A DNA stretch of 64,000 nt from Alphaproteobacteria bacterium. GTDB taxonomy: Bacteria; Pseudomonadota; Alphaproteobacteria; Caulobacterales; Maricaulaceae. Below, one piece after another: positions 59,160-64,000 of the stretch. The notes under the pieces were generated by a model. That model did no database searches. It saw only the letters and a program-made list of their open reading frames with translations, and was not told the DNA's origin. The translations under genes were made by a program, and so were the position numbers. How positions within the stretch are numbered: the stretch's first letter is position 1; each line of letters opens with the position of its first letter. Where the stretch lies: positions 5,082-69,081 of the forward strand of contig JAUIEH010000001.1 in the NCBI GenBank assembly GCA_030428405.1, given 5' to 3'.

Positions 59160-59729
59160 ATGATGAAACAGGCGCTCTTGATCTATGTTGCGGTGAATGC
59201 GGTGTTGTCGATCTTCATGGCGCGGTTCGTCATCCGCGACTTTCAGCGGATAAGGCGCGTCTCCGTTCCCGTAGCTATCTGGACCGGCGTCGCGATGCAT
59301 GGGCACGCTCTGGCGACCTTCGCGATGGCCTGGATCGATCGCGGCTCTCTCTATGCGCTGAGCTATTGGACGGCTGCGGGCGGCGGACTTGTCCTTGTCA
59401 TCGGTGCTTACATTATTTTTCTCGGCCGAAGCGCTTATGGTGATCGCGCACGCGTTTATGGCCTCAAGGAAGACGAGTTGATCGATCGCGGCGTATATCG
59501 CTGGTCGCGAAACCCGCAATATTTCGGCTACTGGCTCATGTTCGTCGGCGCCGGCTTGGCCAGCGGTTCTTGGCTGACGCTGGCGTTCGCGGCCGCGTTT
59601 GCTGTCTTCATCGATGTCTACATTCGCGTAGTAGAGGAGCCTCATCTCAAACGCGTCTTTGGTGAAGCGTATAGCGCCTATCGTCAGCGCGTGAGCCGCT
59701 ATTGGTCGCTGCCTCGATCGTCTGACTGA
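59160..59729 (+). CDS. Isoprenylcysteine carboxyl methyltransferase (ICMT/PEMT)-family membrane protein (CzcN/NccN-like)
   Basis: LIDRGVYRWSRNPQYFGYWLMFVGAGL...EEPHLKRVFGEAYSAYRQRV is the ICMT-family signature. GGAG lies upstream of ATG 59160/59163. Confidence 0.8.
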   Translation: MMKQALLIYVAVNAVLSIFMARFVIRDFQRIRRVSVPVAIWTGVAMHGHALATFAMAWIDRGSLYALSYWTAAGGGLVLVIGAYIIFLGRSAYGDRARVYGLKEDELIDRGVYRWSRNPQYFGYWLMFVGAGLASGSWLTLAFAAAFAVFIDVYIRVVEEPHLKRVFGEAYSAYRQRVSRYWSLPRSSD

Positions 59730-59771
59730 TGGGTTAACTCGCGAAGATCCGCGGTCGTTCGAACGTGTGCG

Positions 59772-61010
59772 CTACCGATGCGACGACGTTGAACGCCCAT
59801 TCTCCTCGATCCACGACGCCAAGAACGAAAGATAGTCCTCCGATATCCAACCGTCGTCGGGATCGAACAATCCGTGCCCCATGCCTTCGAACACACGGAT
59901 GTCGATGGGTTGTGCGCGATCGCGATTGAGTTCCTCCAGCAACGCTACGGTGCGGATTACGGGCACGTTGTCGTATTCGTCCTCTTCGCCAAGGATGATC
60001 AGTCCAGGCCCGTCTAACGCGCGCCAATCATCGGTCGGCCGCAGATCGCCGTTGAGGCGCCAGTAGACGGGATTGCGGTCTCGTACGAGGATTCCGTTGA
60101 GCTCGGCGAAGGGGCGCAACATCCAGTCGGGCAGATGCTGACGCCCCATGTCGTTTGACAGCTCTTGGATCAGGCTCTCGTTTATGGTGGTGAGCGATCC
60201 GACTACGTTCACCGTGAACGCTACACGCTCATCAAGCACCGCGGCGCGTGGCGCCACGCGACCGCCAGAGCTAAGACCGACCATCCCGATCGAACTCAAG
60301 ACCTCGCCGTCGCCGCCGGCAAGAACTGACAATGCGGCGAGCGCATCGCCCGCGAAGTCATCCAGCGACGACGTACGCCAGTCGCCTCGCGAACGCCCGC
60401 TGCCGCGCTTGTCCGGCAAGAGCACCGTGATGCCCCGGCGCGCCAGATAGTCCGCTTGCGCGACGTACCAGAGATTGTTGCGATCGCTCGTGCCCGATCC
60501 GTGGATCATCACGACGCCGATGCCGGAGGATCGGGGCGGCGGGCGATAGATCGTGCCGTAGAGTTCGACCTCCCCATTTTGAAAGACGACCTGTTCGACT
60601 TCATAGGGAGGATCGACGAGGCGCGCGGCCGCTTGGATTGTTCCATCGGCATCGGTGCGCGTGTAACCGGTGACCTGATCCGCTCCGTCGCGGTGGAAGT
60701 CGATGGTTGCAGCGACGTCGCCCGCGCGCGGTTCGCGTATGAACGAGCCGTCGGCCTGCGGCGCAAAACGCCGGCTGCGCCAAATGCGTTCGGCGGGATC
60801 ATCAACCGCCCGCAGGCCGCGAACGGCGTCCCAGGAGACGAGCAGTCTGGTCCCGTCGTCGCGCTCATACCAGCCGACATAGTCTTCCAGGCTGTACGCG
60901 GTGTCGTCAAAGAAGACGCGTTCGGGAGGACGCGTAACGAGGCGATTGGCGCCGAGCGTCACGATCCAGATCACGACCAGCGTGACGAATACGGAAAGCA
61001 CGCGCTTCAT
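59772..61010 (-). CDS. Alpha/beta hydrolase with an N-terminal TM anchor
   Basis: VVMIHGSGTSDRNN (oxyanion region), nucleophile elbow GLSSGG, and a C-terminal EGMGHGL (catalytic His region). Confidence 0.7.
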   Translation of the reverse strand: MKRVLSVFVTLVVIWIVTLGANRLVTRPPERVFFDDTAYSLEDYVGWYERDDGTRLLVSWDAVRGLRAVDDPAERIWRSRRFAPQADGSFIREPRAGDVAATIDFHRDGADQVTGYTRTDADGTIQAAARLVDPPYEVEQVVFQNGEVELYGTIYRPPPRSSGIGVVMIHGSGTSDRNNLWYVAQADYLARRGITVLLPDKRGSGRSRGDWRTSSLDDFAGDALAALSVLAGGDGEVLSSIGMVGLSSGGRVAPRAAVLDERVAFTVNVVGSLTTINESLIQELSNDMGRQHLPDWMLRPFAELNGILVRDRNPVYWRLNGDLRPTDDWRALDGPGLIILGEEDEYDNVPVIRTVALLEELNRDRAQPIDIRVFEGMGHGLFDPDDGWISEDYLSFLASWIEENGRSTSSHR

Positions 61011-61019
61011 CGTCCGCGC

Positions 61020-61487
61020 TCAGCCGGCGTTCGACGCTTCACGCTCTCCGGCAATGCGCGCTTCCACCCAATCGATCGGCGTGAAAACGATGCAAACGAG
61101 ATGCGTATAGCGCCCGAAGATCAGCGAGGGGATCGCCATCACCTCGCACCCCCCGTCCGATCGCGCCGCGACGATGGCGAGTGATATCCCGATATAGGCG
61201 AACGCCGCCATCGTGCCGGCGCCGCCGCCCAAGATTGCGACACATATGACAGGGATGACCGCCAACAATGCGCCGATCCAGGGATTGAGCCGACGCGCAA
61301 ATCTAGCGATCAGCAGATGCAACACAGAATAGACCGCCGTCAGTGCTGCGAACCATGCGCCGGACGTAAGAAGCGTCGTCGCGTCTGCTGCGACCGCTTG
61401 AATTGCTGCTACGTAGATCAGCGCCGCCGCCAAGGCCGCGCGAAGCAGCCGCCCGACGGTCCGTGCACGCAGGATGGCGCCGTCCAT
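61020..61487 (-). CDS. Uncharacterised 4-TM membrane protein with a GCE...C...ID-W-E motif (paralog of 63442..63999)
   Basis: The C-terminus DGGCEVMAIPSLIFGRYTHLVCIVFTPIDWVE aligns with PGCEMRAFHHLFSIVTGRPTHEHHCPVGPLSAIDRWE in the other copy. AAGGAG lies 7 nt upstream of the ATG. Confidence 0.65.
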   Translation of the reverse strand: MDGAILRARTVGRLLRAALAAALIYVAAIQAVAADATTLLTSGAWFAALTAVYSVLHLLIARFARRLNPWIGALLAVIPVICVAILGGGAGTMAAFAYIGISLAIVAARSDGGCEVMAIPSLIFGRYTHLVCIVFTPIDWVEARIAGEREASNAG

Positions 61488-61515
61488 TTAAAGTCTCCTT
61501 CCAGCCATTCGCGCA

Positions 61516-61546
61516 AGCCTCGCACCTGGAGCCACTACAGGATCAA
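61516..61546 (-). promoter_or_regulatory. MerR-type promoter M4 (degenerate dyad; upstream of 61020..61487)
   Basis: Minus strand reads TTGATC-(19 nt: CTGTAGTGGCTCCAGGTGC)-GAGGCT. On the + strand, 61521-61547 shares 20/27 identical positions with the M1 region. Confidence 0.35.
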
Positions 61547-61686
61547 GCCCGCGCCCCACATCTGATCACGCGTCTTTGATAGCGCAGCGGGTTGATGAGA
61601 GTGCGGGAGCCCTGAGATGCCGTTGCTCCTGTACCCGCTCCAGCATCCAAGCTACTCGAACTGCACCGCCTCAGCGGATCGAACGG

Positions 61687-62082
61687 ATGAGTGAAAAACC
61701 GAACGCGCCGGGTCCGGCCGACCGCGCCGCAGCAGCAGCGACCGGCGGAGCCGTGGGTGTCAGCGCGATCGCCTCGTTCATCGGGCTCTGCTGCATCGGT
61801 CCCTGGGCCGTGGCGCTGTTTGGGGTGCCTGGCGCCGTCGCGCTGGCTCGCTTTCAGCCTCTGCGGCCTTACCTGCTCGCCTTGGGCGGGGCGCTTTTGA
61901 TCTGGGTGTTTTGGCGCGTTTACCGGCCCCGGCGGGCGAGCGCACCGGCATGTGATGTGAAACGGCGCAGCATTTGGCTGCAGGCCGTACTTTGGGCCTC
62001 CACGGCATTGTTCGTTGCTGCACTGTTCGCAGACCAGCTGCAGTGGCTACTCGTTGATCCGACGCCGGATGGTTTGAGATAA
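61687..62082 (+). CDS. MerT-like metal (mercuric-ion) transporter membrane protein
   Basis: The first TM helix carries vicinal cysteines (FIGLCCIGPWAV), as in MerT/MerC-type transporters. It has three TM helices. I prefer ATG 61687. Confidence 0.55.
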   Translation: MSEKPNAPGPADRAAAAATGGAVGVSAIASFIGLCCIGPWAVALFGVPGAVALARFQPLRPYLLALGGALLIWVFWRVYRPRRASAPACDVKRRSIWLQAVLWASTALFVAALFADQLQWLLVDPTPDGLR

Positions 62083-62134
62083 TGCATGCGCGTCGCCCGC
62101 CGTCGCAGCGGGCGACCGAAATCGCGAGCTGCGT

Positions 62135-62518
62135 TCAATGCGCGAGCGCGTCGAGGATCGGACATTCGCCGCCGCCGCTCTCACACGCCTCGACCAGCTG
62201 AGCCAGGTTGCGGCGCAACCGCCGTAGGTCTGCGAGCTTTTCTTGAACCTGCGCGAGGTGTTTTTGAGCCAATTCGCGAGTTTCGTCACAATCGCCGCCG
62301 CCGGCGTCCAGCGCGATCAGGCGCCGCACATCCTCGATCGAAAAGCCAAGCTCGCGGGCGCGTCTGATGAAGCGCAGTCGCCGTATGTCGTCTTGAGCAA
62401 AAAGCCGCCGCCCGCTCTGCGATCGGGGGGGCGGCGGCACGAGGCCGATGCGCTCATAATAGCGGATCGTTTCGATATTCACGCGCGTCTTCTCGCTCAC
62501 GGCGCCGATGGGCAGCAT
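62135..62518 (-). CDS. MerR-family metal-responsive regulator
   Basis: IGAVSEKTRVNIETIRYYERIGLVPPPPRSQSGRRLF, plus a Cys at GGGDCDE and the loop ACESGGGECPIL. I prefer ATG 62518 and reject the long N-terminal extension in the track. Confidence 0.88.
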   Translation of the reverse strand: MLPIGAVSEKTRVNIETIRYYERIGLVPPPPRSQSGRRLFAQDDIRRLRFIRRARELGFSIEDVRRLIALDAGGGDCDETRELAQKHLAQVQEKLADLRRLRRNLAQLVEACESGGGECPILDALAH

Positions 62519-62535
62519 CGTAACTCCTAAAGTGC

Positions 62536-62566
62536 TTGCTTCTGTAGCTGCTACAGGATGCAGGAT
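62536..62566 (+). promoter_or_regulatory. MerR-type promoter M3 (divergent from merR-like 62135..62518; drives the thioredoxin-fold lipoprotein operon)
   Basis: TTGCTT-(19 nt: CTGTAGCTGCTACAGGATG)-CAGGAT. The dyad CTGTAG-CTG-CTACAG lies at 62542-62556. The -10 is weak and overlaps the first ATG (62565). Confidence 0.5.
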
Positions 62567-63197
62567 GCCCGCGATGAGGTCCGATGCGAAGACAATCTTG
62601 CGTGATCCGCTGCGCGTCACAGCCGCGTTGGCGGTGAGCGCCGGACTCCTTGGCTGCGACGCCGGCGAGGGCGCATCGGCCAACGCCGACATCACCCGAA
62701 ACGAGCTGATGCTGGCGAGCGAAGACCTCGCCGAAATCCGCGCGGACTTCAACGCCGCCGCAGGCGATCTTCGGCTGGTGTTTCTTATCGGGCCGAGCTG
62801 CGGTCCGTGCCTGCTCGGGCTTAATGAGATCAACCGCGTGCTCGGTGACGAGATACGCGCGAACGACAGACTGCATGCGTATGTGATCTACGTCCCGACC
62901 TTGTCGGCGCAGAGACATCACGCCGAGCGGGCGATGCGCCTGCTGCCCGGCGAGGGCGTGCGCCACTATTGGGACGAGACGGGAAACTCAGGCGTCGAGT
63001 TTCAAGAAGCGCTTAGTCTCCAGGTCTACGCCTGGGACATGTACATGATTTTTGAGCCGGCCTCATTGTGGGACGGGGATGCGCCGCCGGCGCCGGCGCT
63101 GATGCGTCATCAGCTGCAGGGCTTGCCGCGTGAGACGCGCTTCGACGCCGACGACTTCGCCGAAGAGGTCCGGCGCCGATTGGAGGAGCTCACATGA
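62565..63197 (+). CDS. Thioredoxin-fold lipoprotein with a CGPC active-site motif
   Basis: Lipobox LLGCD. RLVFLIGPSCGPCLLGLNEINRVL is a beta1-CxxC-alpha1 thioredoxin signature. An alternative start lies at 62574. Confidence 0.7.
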   Translation: MPAMRSDAKTILRDPLRVTAALAVSAGLLGCDAGEGASANADITRNELMLASEDLAEIRADFNAAAGDLRLVFLIGPSCGPCLLGLNEINRVLGDEIRANDRLHAYVIYVPTLSAQRHHAERAMRLLPGEGVRHYWDETGNSGVEFQEALSLQVYAWDMYMIFEPASLWDGDAPPAPALMRHQLQGLPRETRFDADDFAEEVRRRLEELT

Positions 63198-63376
63198 CCG
63201 ATCCCATTCGCATGGACGGCGTATTCAGGTTCGACGAGGCGGGAACACTGCCGCGTCCTGGCCCCATCGGCCGCATGGTCCGCATCGCGTTCGGCGCTGC
63301 CTGCCTCTATCTCGTTTGGCAGGTTGCGCCGGTCAGCGATCCATGCACGCGAGGCGATTGTTCAACACGGCCATAG
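63194..63376 (+). pseudogene. Truncated N-terminal fragment of the GCE-motif membrane protein family
   Basis: LPRPGPIGRMVRIAFGAACLYLVWQV aligns with LTKPGPIGRVVRLGFGLASLYYVYSL of 63442..63999. The fragment stops after 60 aa and lacks the Cys-motif C-terminus. It has an ATGA overlap with the upstream gene. Confidence 0.55.
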
Positions 63377-63441
63377 TACGGATCGGCGCGAGCTTTGCTG
63401 CGAATTGAAAGAACTCAGTAGAATAGGAAAAAGTACAGCAA

Positions 63442-63999
63442 ATGGCGACGACAGACCTAAAACTTGAGCAACCCGGCAGCCTGACCAAGCCAGGCCCCAT
63501 CGGCCGGGTTGTCCGCCTCGGCTTTGGGTTGGCGTCTCTCTACTACGTGTACAGCCTATGGGGCGTACGGAGTGATCTGATCGCGGGCGATGACTCCGTG
63601 CGATCACTCCTGTGGAACGGGATTTTGCCAGGGCTGTTTCTGGTGAGCTACGTCGTCAATATCGGCTATTCGCGAGATTGGAAAAAATGGCCCGCCGCTA
63701 TCAGCGCGGGTCTTTTGCTCGCCGCCGCCGGGATCGGCTATGTGCGCGCCGGCGTGCTGGAAACGCCTCTTCTTGCGAGCACGATATTGTGGTGGGAACT
63801 CTATATCTTTGCGCATCTTGGTTTGTGTTTTGTCTTATCCGCTGTGCTGGCGACGCCGGGCTGCGAGATGCGCGCATTCCACCACCTATTTTCAATCGTT
63901 ACCGGTCGACCTACCCACGAGCATCACTGCCCCGTTGGGCCGCTCAGCGCTATTGATCGCTGGGAGACGCATCTCACCGGTCGCGCCGACGATGAATGA
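63442..63999 (+). CDS. Uncharacterised 4-TM membrane protein with a GCE...HHC...ID-W-E motif (paralog of 61020..61487)
   Basis: The track ORF is complete, with its stop at 63997-63999. It has hydrophobic helices and the motif PGCEMRAFHHLFSIVTGRPTHEHHCPVGPLSAIDRWE. Confidence 0.7.
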   Translation: MATTDLKLEQPGSLTKPGPIGRVVRLGFGLASLYYVYSLWGVRSDLIAGDDSVRSLLWNGILPGLFLVSYVVNIGYSRDWKKWPAAISAGLLLAAAGIGYVRAGVLETPLLASTILWWELYIFAHLGLCFVLSAVLATPGCEMRAFHHLFSIVTGRPTHEHHCPVGPLSAIDRWETHLTGRADDE

Positions 64000-64000
64000 C

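Overview
High-GC proteobacterial window that is almost entirely accessory DNA. It reads as a long stretch of an integrative/conjugative element (ICE) with a P-type (Trb) type IV secretion system, carrying three kinds of cargo.

(1) 1-9737, minus strand. A four-gene, translationally coupled operon: a C5-cytosine methyltransferase, a 679-aa protein, a 290-aa protein, and a helicase of at least 1862 aa fused to a DUF1998 zinc-binding domain. Gene order and domains match Druantia type II (DruM-DruF-DruG-DruE). The helicase ORF runs off the left edge, so it is absent from the supplied ORF track; I translated it by hand.

(2) 10371-31684. ICE backbone: DUF736, DUF6499/DUF2285 regulator, excisionase-like HTH, DUF2840, TraF peptidase, DUF3363-type relaxase, TraG, RHH protein, TrbB-C-D-E-J-L-F-G-I, DUF2274 and an AlpA-like protein. 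It is interrupted by two cargo patches:
- a membrane LuxR plus cytochrome-b pair;
- a conspicuously low-GC insert (about 16.7-19.6 kb) with two convergent HEPN-like genes.

(3) 31826-33395. A hipBA toxin-antitoxin pair with a four-site operator array upstream.

(4) 33719-63999. A dense heavy-metal island:
- a cusCBAF-like Cu/Ag RND operon, and copA with a CsoR regulator and two CsoR boxes;
- a CnrYXH-like anti-sigma/sensor/ECF-sigma module, czcD, copCD, a Met/His-rich periplasmic protein and a PepSY protein;
- a czcCBA-like divalent-cation RND operon, two MerR regulators, a second CDF and a CzcN-like methyltransferase;
- a MerT-like protein, a CGPC thioredoxin-fold lipoprotein, and 2.5 copies of an uncharacterised Cys-motif membrane protein.

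Most interesting observations made directly in the sequence:
- A bipartite motif, GAGGG(G)-N14-GCGTA, sits 27-39 nt upstream of six operon starts in the metal island, with a seventh site further from its start. This predicts an ECF-sigma regulon.
- Four paralogous MerR-type promoters have a 19-nt spacer containing a CTACAG/CTGTAG dyad.
- An 87-nt-period palindromic repeat pair occupies the trbJ-trbL slot where trbK normally sits.
- The low-GC HEPN insert lies between the relaxase gene and traG.

I saw no tRNA, rRNA, CRISPR array, transposase or integrase, so the ICE ends are not in this window. All family names are assigned from motifs I recognise by eye. No database search was run.
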